Origin: Burkholderiales bacterium
GTDB lineage: Bacteria; Pseudomonadota; Gammaproteobacteria; Burkholderiales; Usitatibacteraceae
Direction of reading: 5' to 3'
Assembly (NCBI GenBank): GCA_033764435.1
Contig: JANRIX010000010.1
Span: forward strand, 163,220 to 227,219
Length of the DNA stretch: 64,000 bases
The position numbers were made by a program, and so were the translations under genes. Below, piece by piece: positions 8,470 through 17,049 of this stretch (positions are counted from its first letter, which is position 1; each line of letters begins with the position of its first letter). The notes beneath the pieces are model-generated. The model had not been told where the DNA came from. It did no database searches and worked only from the letters and a program-made list of their open reading frames with translations.

Positions 8470-9921
8470 ATGAACCACCCGGACACAACGCCAAAGGAGC
8501 GATTGGAAAAGGAAAAGCTCAGGCTTGAGATTGCCCGCCTTTATGGCCTGTCCAGTATCGAAACTGAGAAAGCCAAGACTGATCTGAAAATTGCATCGGA
8601 CTCATTCAGGCGTCAGATCACGATCGCCGTGGTCGGACTGCTGATTCCGGCGCTTTCACTCGTTTGGTCTGTGCACTCTTACACCGAGTCCCAACGGGCA
8701 CGATCCAGCGAAGCCGACTCAAGGGCAAAGGCCGAGCGTGAGGCCTCCCTTGAGAAGTCCAAGAGTGAACTGGCCATTCGCGAGCGCCAAATGTTGATCC
8801 AAGCGCTGGGCCTACTTTCGAAACCAGATGCGGCAGAAAGAATTGCGGGTGCGGTGGCGCTCTCCGCGGCCGTCACGCCAGGCAGCCCGGAAGCGAAAAT
8901 TGCCACAGGCGCACTCCTCGCCCGACTTGCGCACGAAACAGACATTCCCGTGATCGAGGCAGTCTCCAGATCAGTGGCAAATTTCGGGGTTTCAGCCGCA
9001 CCAGAAATTGTCTCGCTGAACCAGCGCTCTGCCTACTCAGTTGCAACAAGCGTCGCAGACTGGTCCGCAGTATCCGATCGGAGATTGACTGAACGGGAAC
9101 GAAAGGCAATCCACAAGTCGGAGGAGAGCGAAAGGGCTTGGCTTTGGAGTCACGTTGGTGCCGTACTTGAGCGATCAGGACTCCCTATGCAGCCGGATCT
9201 CGAAGGCATCAATAAGTCCAGCTCGATCGCGGAGCTCAACATCCTCGGATCGAAGAAGTTCTGGGCTGTCTACACAGACAGAAGAGAGTCACTGCTGAAG
9301 CGACAAGGCGCAGGTTCGGCGCCAGAACCTGAAGGAGAGCTGGCGCCGAATCACCGTCGACACATTGCCTTGATCGAATCTCAAATCAGCCGGCATGCTC
9401 GAACTCTGGCCGGCACAAGCCTCGCATTGGTTCAAATACTTCGCACATCAAGCCCGGAGGCCATTCAAAAGCTGGACCTGAGTGGCATTTCTCTCACCCG
9501 CGGCAACCTCGATGGCACGAACCTCATGCGTGCAAGACTGAAGAGTGCACTCGTCTACGCAAGCCTCAGAAACGCAAATCTCAGCGGGGCCGTGTTGAGC
9601 AACGCACACATAGAGGGGCCAATGGGGAGAGCCGACTTCAGAACGGCAAACTTGGAGGGCGCGCAGATCAGAGGCATTGGCCTGCTGCAGGTGCTCTTTT
9701 TCGGCCGAAGCTGCAAGGCGAGCGCCGACAGACGGTCACGGTTTCCGATCATGGATGAGAATGGACGCAAATTGCTACTGGATCACATTACCGGGGGCAT
9801 AAGTGCCGATGGATTCAAACTCCTTGGCAATCAAGAAAAACAAACTGTCACTGCGGATAGCTTCAAGCAGAATGTCGCTCGCTTGCTGGTTGATTGCCTG
9901 GCGCCTGAAGTGATCCCATGA
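8470..9921 (+). CDS. pentapeptide-repeat protein with N-terminal coiled-coil/TM anchor
   Basis: One TM helix (ITIAVVGLLIPALSLVWSV). C-terminal pentapeptide repeats (LSGISLTRGNLDGTNLMRARLKSALVYASLRNANLSGAVLSNAHIEG...ADFRTANLEGAQIRG). Starts 11 nt after the upstream stop. Confidence 0.7.
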   Translation: MNHPDTTPKERLEKEKLRLEIARLYGLSSIETEKAKTDLKIASDSFRRQITIAVVGLLIPALSLVWSVHSYTESQRARSSEADSRAKAEREASLEKSKSELAIRERQMLIQALGLLSKPDAAERIAGAVALSAAVTPGSPEAKIATGALLARLAHETDIPVIEAVSRSVANFGVSAAPEIVSLNQRSAYSVATSVADWSAVSDRRLTERERKAIHKSEESERAWLWSHVGAVLERSGLPMQPDLEGINKSSSIAELNILGSKKFWAVYTDRRESLLKRQGAGSAPEPEGELAPNHRRHIALIESQISRHARTLAGTSLALVQILRTSSPEAIQKLDLSGISLTRGNLDGTNLMRARLKSALVYASLRNANLSGAVLSNAHIEGPMGRADFRTANLEGAQIRGIGLLQVLFFGRSCKASADRRSRFPIMDENGRKLLLDHITGGISADGFKLLGNQEKQTVTADSFKQNVARLLVDCLAPEVIP

Positions 9922-9971
9922 AATTCGGGATCAGTCGTTGCCCGAATTGAATTTTCCGGAGCCACATAATC

Positions 9972-10907
9972 ATGCCACCCACCCGCATCGCCTTCACCTC
10001 CTGCGCCCGCATCGAGGACTTCCCTTCCCAGCCGCAGTGGAAGGAGATCCAGGATGCCGAACCGCACTACCTCCTCCTGCTGGGCGATCAGATCTACATG
10101 GACTACGGATTCAGCAGCGAGCCGAACGGTTCGCCTGCCGACTATCCGCTGGACAAGTTTCGGGACACGATGGCGGCAAAGTACGCGCGCCAGTGGTCGG
10201 AGACACATTTCAAGGACCTGCTTGAATACATGCGCGCCGAGGAGTCTCCAGACAAACCGCGAATATTCGGCACCTGGGACGACCATGACTTCGGCTGGAA
10301 CAATGCCTTCGGCCTGCAGCCGAAAATGACGCCCGACAAATACCAGGCCACGCTCGACCTCTTCCATCAATGGATGAATTGCTCGACCAACCGGCCGCAT
10401 GTGTACTGTCACGCGGACATCGGCGACTTGGCCCGGCTCATCATCCTCGATCAGCGCAGTCACGCTGAGCCCGCAAGCCCGACCAAGCCGACGGCGTCGT
10501 TGCTGGGCGCGGACCAATGGGCGTTTCTGCGGGACAAGCTCAACCACGACAAGCAATACACCCTACTCTGCGGCGGGCTCAGCCTCACCCGCGGCAAGGA
10601 CAACTGGGAGGAGTACCAAGACGAGTACCAGCAACTGCGCGATCTCATCGAGGATCGCGAAGGCGTGATCTATCTGGGCGGCGACATCCACAGCAACAAA
10701 TTCATGAAGCCCGGCGATGACCGGCCGTGCTACGAGATCATCTCATCCGGGCTGGCCGTCAACCTGCTCGCGCTGACGTCGCTGGGCATTGACGATCGCC
10801 ATAACTGGAGCTATCTCGACCTCTCCGAAGAGGGTGTAAAGGTGGTGCAATCCACGTCGGGAAAGCTCAAGCGGCACGCAATCCGATTTGACAATTGGTG
10901 GGGCTGA
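9972..10907 (+). CDS. PhoD-like / calcineurin-like metallophosphatase
   Basis: Metallophosphoesterase signature blocks ARIAFTSC, LLLGDQIYMDYG, WDDHDFGWNN, LGGDIHSNKF. Confidence 0.75.
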   Translation: MPPTRIAFTSCARIEDFPSQPQWKEIQDAEPHYLLLLGDQIYMDYGFSSEPNGSPADYPLDKFRDTMAAKYARQWSETHFKDLLEYMRAEESPDKPRIFGTWDDHDFGWNNAFGLQPKMTPDKYQATLDLFHQWMNCSTNRPHVYCHADIGDLARLIILDQRSHAEPASPTKPTASLLGADQWAFLRDKLNHDKQYTLLCGGLSLTRGKDNWEEYQDEYQQLRDLIEDREGVIYLGGDIHSNKFMKPGDDRPCYEIISSGLAVNLLALTSLGIDDRHNWSYLDLSEEGVKVVQSTSGKLKRHAIRFDNWWG

Positions 10908-10969
10908 CCTCGGCTACACATCAGGGGACTTTGCAGGGGATTGCTTGCAATCCGGAAAGGGGGCGAACG

Positions 10970-13306
10970 ATGAGTACCAAGCGGAAATCACGAGTGGCAT
11001 CCTCCAGAGCGCCAAAGGAAGAGATTGAGCTGTCGATCTGCGCCTTTGGTGTCGACCCTTTGACGATCACCCTGCCCGATCCGTCTTCGGACATGCAGTC
11101 GGTGAACATCAAGCAGCTCATCCTCAACTCGACTGCGGAACTCTGGACATACACGCTTCAGAACCGGATGCGCTGGCAAAGCGAAGATGGCATCTCGTCG
11201 AAGCTGACTCGGAAGGCCCGGGGCGCATTCGAAGAACTGGGAATCGCCCCGAGCGAGTGGTCCAAGCTGGCCTCCAGCAAGATCGCCCAGATTTCAATCC
11301 CCGTTGATCGGCTTGGCCAGAACGCGCTTCGACTCATGCCGTGGGAGTTCTTCATCGCCTCCGCGCTGGCCGCTGATCCACGAGTGCCCATCGTCCGCAA
11401 AGCTGTATTCACTCAGTCCGCAAAGCCTGCAACTCCAGAGCGCACCAACAAGACCATTCTCTTTATCCAGAGCGCGCCAGGCCGGTTGGGCACAGCGTAC
11501 GACTTTGATTCAGAGAAAAAGCTGGTCAGGTCAACGTTCAGCGACGCCACTGTCAAGATTCTGGAAAACCCTGACATCGCCGAGATCCGCAGGTGCGTTG
11601 TAGATCTGGATCCCGAGGTGATTCACTTCGCTGGCTTCGATTATCGGCAGGCGATGGCAGAGCTGTCGGCTGACGCCGCGGGCGAGTACCCCTCCGCGAT
11701 CCCGCGAGTGGGTGCGTGGCCAGAGGACTCGTTTGACGGCGTCGTTCTTGGTGACCCCGCTCAAGGTGTCGTCGCGCACCATTCCGCCGAGTTTGCCGAC
11801 GCCCTGTGTGCCGGCAAGCGGGGGCCGGTCATGGTTTGCCTCGCGTGCTGGCATGGCGCGACCGCGCTCGCGCCCGAGCTAGTGCTGGCCGGCGCGCGGA
11901 GTTGCTTCTGCTTTCAGGACATTCTGGATGATGAGTTCGCCGAGACGATCCTGTCGTCCTTCTACCGCTTCTGGCGCGACGAGAACTGGAAGCTCGGCCC
12001 CGCCTTCACCAACACACTTCGCCACTTGTGGAAGCAGCCCGGCGGCGTGCGCGGCACCGGCATCGTTCTTCTCACCACCGACGAGCTTGTCGCCCGGAAC
12101 ACACCGGAAACCGAGCCGCAGAAAACAGAGGCAGCTCCCCCGCTCAGGGGGAAGAAGTTGGCAGACGCGAACCTCCCGGCGTTGATCGGCTTCGACATTC
12201 GCCCGCACAACGAGCTCAACTACGCGATGCTCCATAACGCGCAGCCACTGTTCAAGAGCTTCCGCATCATTCGCCTGTCCGACGCAGAGTTCGAGGACTT
12301 GGAAATCACGGTCGACCTTTGCACAGGACCGGAAGGCAAGGCGTTCCGACGCACGACAGCATTGCGCGTTCAAACGCTTGATCTCACGCGTGAGATCGTC
12401 ATCCCCCTCAATGCGACCCTCTCCCGCCAGATCCGCGAAGCAGTGTCCAGCAGCCTGTTCGTCGAGATCGCCTGTGGCGGCAGAATCCTTCACCGAGAGA
12501 CCCATCGAGTCCGCCTGCTGCCAGCGGATCAATGGAAAGACAGCGCCAAGGACAGCCGCTGGCTGCCCAGCTTTGTGCTCCCGCGCGACCCGGCCGTCAC
12601 CCACGTCATCCGGGACGCGCACAAGTACGTCAAAGTCCTGCGCGATGATCCCGACGCCGGATTCGAGGGCTATCAGGTCTACTCCAGCATCGACGACGAG
12701 AGTGAGCACAGCGAGGACGAACAGATCGCCCTGGATCTGCAAGTTCAAGCCATCTGGGCCGCGATCGCACACGAATGCCGGTTGGTCTACATCAATCCGC
12801 CGCCCACCTACAGCGATGGCTTCGACTCACAGCGGCTGCGCACACCCAGCACGACAGTCAATGGTCAGATGGGCACCTGCATTGACCTCGCGCTCCTGTT
12901 TGCCGCCTGCCTGGAGTTCGTGGACATCTACCCCGTCATCTTCCTGCTGGATGGTCACGCACTTCCCGGCTATTGGCGCAGCGAGACCGCACACAGCCGA
13001 TTCGTCTGCATCGACAACCCCGGCGACGCGGCTGTCCGCCAGAGTCGAAGCAGTGCCCTCGCCGGTGGGTCGAAACTTGGGGACGGCTGGGTCTTTGACG
13101 AATCGATTTATGAGGAAATCAGAAAGGAAATCGAAATCGGCAATCTGGTGCCCGTCGAATCGACCCGACTGACCCAGGTCTCGTCATTCGCGCAGGCCGT
13201 CGAGCTCGGCACGCGCGCCCTGGCTTCCGCATCGGGCTTTCAATGCATGCTCGACATCCATATCGCGCGGCAATTGAACGTAACGCCGCTGCCCATACAG
13301 GAGTAA
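10970..13306 (+). CDS. CHAT (caspase-like) domain + C-terminal transglutaminase-like cysteine-protease domain protein
   Basis: RBS aaaggggg before ATG 10970 (M26 of ORF 10895). CHAT-like block VIHFAGFDY...VMVCLACWHGATALAPELVLAGARSCFCFQDILDDEFAETILSSFYRFW. C-terminal transglutaminase-core-like block GTCIDLALLFAACLEFVDIYPVIFLLDGHALPGYW (Cys..His..Asp). Confidence 0.65.
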   Translation: MSTKRKSRVASSRAPKEEIELSICAFGVDPLTITLPDPSSDMQSVNIKQLILNSTAELWTYTLQNRMRWQSEDGISSKLTRKARGAFEELGIAPSEWSKLASSKIAQISIPVDRLGQNALRLMPWEFFIASALAADPRVPIVRKAVFTQSAKPATPERTNKTILFIQSAPGRLGTAYDFDSEKKLVRSTFSDATVKILENPDIAEIRRCVVDLDPEVIHFAGFDYRQAMAELSADAAGEYPSAIPRVGAWPEDSFDGVVLGDPAQGVVAHHSAEFADALCAGKRGPVMVCLACWHGATALAPELVLAGARSCFCFQDILDDEFAETILSSFYRFWRDENWKLGPAFTNTLRHLWKQPGGVRGTGIVLLTTDELVARNTPETEPQKTEAAPPLRGKKLADANLPALIGFDIRPHNELNYAMLHNAQPLFKSFRIIRLSDAEFEDLEITVDLCTGPEGKAFRRTTALRVQTLDLTREIVIPLNATLSRQIREAVSSSLFVEIACGGRILHRETHRVRLLPADQWKDSAKDSRWLPSFVLPRDPAVTHVIRDAHKYVKVLRDDPDAGFEGYQVYSSIDDESEHSEDEQIALDLQVQAIWAAIAHECRLVYINPPPTYSDGFDSQRLRTPSTTVNGQMGTCIDLALLFAACLEFVDIYPVIFLLDGHALPGYWRSETAHSRFVCIDNPGDAAVRQSRSSALAGGSKLGDGWVFDESIYEEIRKEIEIGNLVPVESTRLTQVSSFAQAVELGTRALASASGFQCMLDIHIARQLNVTPLPIQE

Positions 13307-13310
13307 GGCC

Positions 13311-14660
13311 ATGAGCACGTTTAGCGCAGAAAACCGCAAGGATGTGGGCGAATGCATCAAGTCTTCCATCTCCTCCATGGAGAGCCTTTTTTCGGCGGAG
13401 CACATGGAAGCCTCGGAGCGGATGACCGGCCGCCGACGCAGCGGTGCGACGCTGCGACAGCAGCCGCGCCTGCAGCTGGTGGATGTCGACGGCGTGTTGC
13501 GCTGGCGATACCGGGATGTCGAGGCCGGACCGAGCGGGAGACGTTCGCTCCGCGCCATCGCTGCCACGGCCATGGGAGATGTCGTGGTCGACCTCCCCTT
13601 GAAGCCGTTGAACCGCAATCAAGTGCTGGCTGCGATGCAAAGCCTCGATGATTCCCTCACGCCCTCGCGCGGGCTGCGAGTGATTCACGAGGGTCAACTG
13701 GTCAAGGCACCGGAGATCGAGCACCCGGCAAAGGTTCTGCTCTTCATACACGGCACCTTCAGCAAGGGCGAGGCCCTCTACGACGAACTCAAGTCCACCG
13801 AGGACGGCCACAAGTTCCTGCATTGGGCGCATGAGCACTATGATCACGTGCTCTTCTTCGATCATCCCACGCTCGCCGTCAGCCCCATACTGAATGCCGT
13901 CGAGCTCAGCACACTTCTGGCGGGCCGCTGCAGCAGCATCGACATCATCGCCCACAGCCGCGGCGGCATCGTCGCCGCGTGGGCCGCCAAAGGCATGAAA
14001 CTGCCCCTCGGCATCGTGTGTACGCTGGGTAGTCCGCTCGATGGCACCAGCCTGGCCAGCCCCTACCGCCTGCGCGACACGCTGGACTACTTCGCCAACG
14101 TTGCCGCCGCTTGCAAGCTCGCCACCGGCGCACTCGGCGCTGTACCGTTTGCAGGTCCGCTGTTCGCAGCGACGGCCGGACTCATGTCTGTATTGCAAAC
14201 CGTCCTCTACGCCTCTGCCAAGACACCGCTCATCGACGCGGGCATTGCGATCGTGCCCGGCCTTGCAGCGCAATCACGTGTCGACAACAATCCGGAGCGG
14301 ATAGCGTTGCAGGATGACCGTACGGCGGCCCACGTATCCGGGACTTTCATCGGTGTCACCGCAAACTTCAGCCCGCAGCATATCGACGAGCCGATTTGGC
14401 AATTCTGGAAGCGGTGGCAGAGGCTGCCGTGGTCAGTGGCCAACAAGGTCACGGATGCCATCTTCGAGTCGGCCAACGATCTTGTCGTCGACTGCGACTC
14501 TGCAAAGAAATTCTGCGGCGCACCCGCAGCCGCCACGCAGATCTTCGACTTTGGTGACACCCATCTCGTGCATCACTGCAACTACCTGACGCAAAGCAGA
14601 ACGCTCGACTTCGTGAAGACGCATTTGACCGACCGGCATGCCGCAGCCGGGAGAACGTAA
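13311..14660 (+). CDS. alpha/beta-hydrolase (lipase/esterase-like) protein
   Basis: LLFIHGTFSKGEALY (oxyanion region) and IIAHSRGGIVAAW (GxSxG-type nucleophile elbow). Stop TAA 14658-14660 is in frame with the downstream remnant. Confidence 0.7.
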   Translation: MSTFSAENRKDVGECIKSSISSMESLFSAEHMEASERMTGRRRSGATLRQQPRLQLVDVDGVLRWRYRDVEAGPSGRRSLRAIAATAMGDVVVDLPLKPLNRNQVLAAMQSLDDSLTPSRGLRVIHEGQLVKAPEIEHPAKVLLFIHGTFSKGEALYDELKSTEDGHKFLHWAHEHYDHVLFFDHPTLAVSPILNAVELSTLLAGRCSSIDIIAHSRGGIVAAWAAKGMKLPLGIVCTLGSPLDGTSLASPYRLRDTLDYFANVAAACKLATGALGAVPFAGPLFAATAGLMSVLQTVLYASAKTPLIDAGIAIVPGLAAQSRVDNNPERIALQDDRTAAHVSGTFIGVTANFSPQHIDEPIWQFWKRWQRLPWSVANKVTDAIFESANDLVVDCDSAKKFCGAPAAATQIFDFGDTHLVHHCNYLTQSRTLDFVKTHLTDRHAAAGRT

Positions 14661-14675
14661 CGCAAGGTCGGCCGC

Positions 14676-14993
14676 CTCGCCCACTGCCTCGACCCGAAAG
14701 CGGACAACCACGACGACGACCTCTGGACACCACGCGAATATTCGCAAGTGGTCGCGTGGCGCGATTTCGTCCGCGCGCTGCCCGCGCAGGCCGACGGCCG
14801 CGACGCCGCGGAAGTCGTCACCATCGACGTCGTCCCCGCCAAGCTCGGCGCGGACGGCAGCGTGGTCACCATCGAGTCCACCCACGGCTCGTTCGACAAC
14901 GACCTCGAAACCATTTCGCGGACGATCAACCGGGTGTTAGGCAAGGTGCCGTCGGCGCCGCTGGAGGTGGGGGTGACGGATTTGAAGTATTGA
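14676..14993. repeat. direct repeat copy B (paralog of 8139-8459)
   Basis: See copy A. Contains a perfect GCGAATATTCGC copy that the upstream copy lacks. Confidence 0.75.
14734..14745. repeat. GCGAATATTCGC palindrome copy (perfect)
   Basis: 12/12; within the gene remnant, reads EYS. Confidence 0.95.
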
Positions 14994-15012
14994 GTAAGGG
15001 GTGGCAGAGAGT

Positions 15013-15024
15013 GCGAATATTCGC
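15013..15024. repeat. GCGAATATTCGC palindrome copy (perfect)
   Basis: 12/12, extended TGCGAATATTCGCA; intergenic. Confidence 0.95.
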
Positions 15025-15078
15025 AAGCGCCAGCGCGTCGGCGGCGACGGTTACGTAACGGAATGTCATGATTCTGCA

Positions 15079-15090
15079 GCGAATATTCGC
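15079..15090. repeat. GCGAATATTCGC palindrome copy (perfect)
   Basis: 12/12; intergenic. Confidence 0.95.
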
Positions 15091-15159
15091 AATTGGCAGC
15101 ATCAAACCGCCTCACAGCGCAATTCGCTGCCGGCGTCACAAAAAGCCACCAGAAAACAC

Positions 15160-15192
15160 CAGAACCCTACAAAGGTTGATGGGGTTTCTTCT
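15160..15192 (+). terminator. terminator-like hairpin + T-tract (member of the ccctaY..tgggg hairpin family)
   Basis: aaccctacaaaggttgatggggtttcttctc; related to the hairpins at 3343 and 6233. Confidence 0.35.
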
Positions 15193-15590
15193 CGCCAGCT
15201 TAGACATACTGTCTCGTAACGTTGCCTTCATCGATGCCCTGCGCAAGAATGACCCGTAAATGATTGACATCGTCCTGGACGACTTTGCCAATGCGCTGGC
15301 CGAACTGCTGACGACGAACGAGATGTCGATAACGCCCGATACACAATCAATCGCCGACGACGGCGAGCCGACTTGACCAGCGACGCAATGTGACTCGATC
15401 AATCCAAAGCCGAGCAAATGCGCATCACTCTCAGAACGAGGATGAAGAACCAGCTCGTCCAGGCTGTCGTGAAGGGGCGAGGGATGAGATGACAGAGGAA
15501 GAGGAGCGGCATGCGGGGCATGAAGACGTTAGGTCAAGAGCGGCGATTGTGATCGCCAAACCATAGTCCTACAAGGCATTTGACGGTATC

Positions 15591-16595
15591 TTGGCATTGC
15601 ATAGCCCAATGCCGCGCTCATTGAACCGACCGAAAGAAATCAAGGTCGTTGCAGGAAAGGGGAAATACTTGTTTAACTCGCAGATTGGTCCACTAGACGG
15701 CCCTTCCTGGGAGGCGCTGTGCCAAGAGGCCCTCAAGAGACGGCACCATTCCGAGGGATACCAAGAAATGAAAGCGTCCCCCGGCGACTATGGGATTGAT
15801 GGCTTCACACTGGATTCTGGACTTGCCTTTCAGTGCTATTGCCCGGAAAAACACTACTCTCGGCCAGAGCTGTATGAAAAGCAGAGAGACAAAATCACAG
15901 AAGACGTAGGGAAGCTACGGACGCATCAGAAGCCAATTCTCGACAGAGTTGGGAGCAATAAGTTCTCGAAATGGATATTCCTTACCCCTGAGTATGACAA
16001 GAATGATCTTCTCGCCCACGCAAGAAGCAAAGAAGTAGAAGTTCGAAGCTGGAACCTACCATTCCTAACTTCGGATTTTCAGATAGTAATAAGGGATGCC
16101 TCTGACTACAGAACTGAAATCAATGAGATCCGCGTCCTCAGTCTGGAGCCCCTCTACTTTGAGGATGAAGTCCCGACCCTAAAAACGATTCAGGGCGAGA
16201 AGGAAGAGCACGAAAAAAACATCGAGAGGAAGTCCAAGGCCCGACTTGCAGGGGCCGAACAAAGCCCTCGCTATTCAACTCGACTGGAGCAACTGCGTCA
16301 GAAGACTCTGGAGAGTTTTTTTGAGTACGAAGATTTCTTTCGAAAAATTAGTGACGACGCGCCGTTGATTTACGTCAGGCTAGTTCGACTAATAAATGAG
16401 TATGAAGAGATGGTGGTCGAGTCCTCCACCACATGGTCGGGAACAGCACAGGACCTAACTGAAAAAATTCGTGATGACCTAGCTTCTAGGATTTCTCAAG
16501 AGCTTGCGCCACAGATATCAGCGGCCACTGCAATGAAGATAGCCAGAATAATGACTGCGCGATGGATAGCTGTTTGCGAGTTGGACTATGGATAG
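15591..16595 (+). CDS. Lamassu/ABC-3C-like system, putative effector subunit (LmuA-like)
   Basis: 334-aa ORF in a ~45% GC block, first of three translationally coupled genes (overlaps 16588/17046). Weak PD-(D/E)xK-like pattern (GDYGIDGF...QCYCPEK). Assignment rests on position and architecture. Confidence 0.4.
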   Translation: MALHSPMPRSLNRPKEIKVVAGKGKYLFNSQIGPLDGPSWEALCQEALKRRHHSEGYQEMKASPGDYGIDGFTLDSGLAFQCYCPEKHYSRPELYEKQRDKITEDVGKLRTHQKPILDRVGSNKFSKWIFLTPEYDKNDLLAHARSKEVEVRSWNLPFLTSDFQIVIRDASDYRTEINEIRVLSLEPLYFEDEVPTLKTIQGEKEEHEKNIERKSKARLAGAEQSPRYSTRLEQLRQKTLESFFEYEDFFRKISDDAPLIYVRLVRLINEYEEMVVESSTTWSGTAQDLTEKIRDDLASRISQELAPQISAATAMKIARIMTARWIAVCELDYG

Positions 16596-17049
16596 CCCAA
16601 TCGTCGAACTTGTATTCCGGCGCCAGCCATCGGCGGTGATTCCAGAACACAGACCACTTTACAAGATCTCTCAGCTTGCGCTGATCCTAAATGTCTCATC
16701 CCGCGCTGGACGATCTAAAGTTTCGCGATTGCACTTATTGAACTGGGCGCTAAAGAAGAGATCGCGACAACTGTTGCTAGAACGTGCTGCTGAAAGCGGC
16801 ACACTTAGGATTCAAGCTTGGGGCTTCGATCCCATTCTTGCATTTGCAATTCGCTTTGCACTCGCTGACGGCATTGTTGCAGATACGTCGACCGGTTATG
16901 AGCTCACGGAGAAAGGAAGATCCTTTGCCATGGCCATTCTGAAAGATCCCACTTTGTTGGCGAGCGACAAAGTTTTTCTAGAAAGAATCGGAAAAGGCAT
17001 TACGGAAACAATGGTGGATGCTGTGGCAAATGACTGGGACATTAGATGA
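16588..17049 (+). CDS. Lamassu/ABC-3C-like system, small middle component (LmuC-like)
   Basis: 153-aa ORF overlapping both neighbours by 8 and 4 nt; no catalytic motifs. Confidence 0.4.
   Translation: MDSPIVELVFRRQPSAVIPEHRPLYKISQLALILNVSSRAGRSKVSRLHLLNWALKKRSRQLLLERAAESGTLRIQAWGFDPILAFAIRFALADGIVADTSTGYELTEKGRSFAMAILKDPTLLASDKVFLERIGKGITETMVDAVANDWDIR

Larger units (their letters stand above)
14661..14993 (+). pseudogene. displaced 3' fragment (C-terminal ~105 codons) homologous to the 3' end of the 6312-8459 peptidase/hydrolase gene
   Basis: Continuous frame RKVGRLAHCLDPKADNHDDDLWTPREYSQVVAWRDFVRALPAQADGRDAAEVVTIDVV...THGSFDNDLETISRTINRVLGKVPSAPLEVGVTDLKY. No plausible N-terminus; begins immediately after the upstream gene's stop. 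Confidence 0.6.

Noticed and set aside
12378-13172. 264-aa Ser/Pro-rich ORF and other internal ORFs inside the CHAT-transglutaminase gene
   Set aside because: Alternative-frame artefacts of the 778-aa gene with low-complexity composition.
15263-15379. 38-codon ORF (MIDIVLDDFANALAELL...) at the GC transition before the Lamassu-like cassette
   Set aside because: No RBS, no homology clues; possibly a remnant of the displaced sequence; too weak to call.
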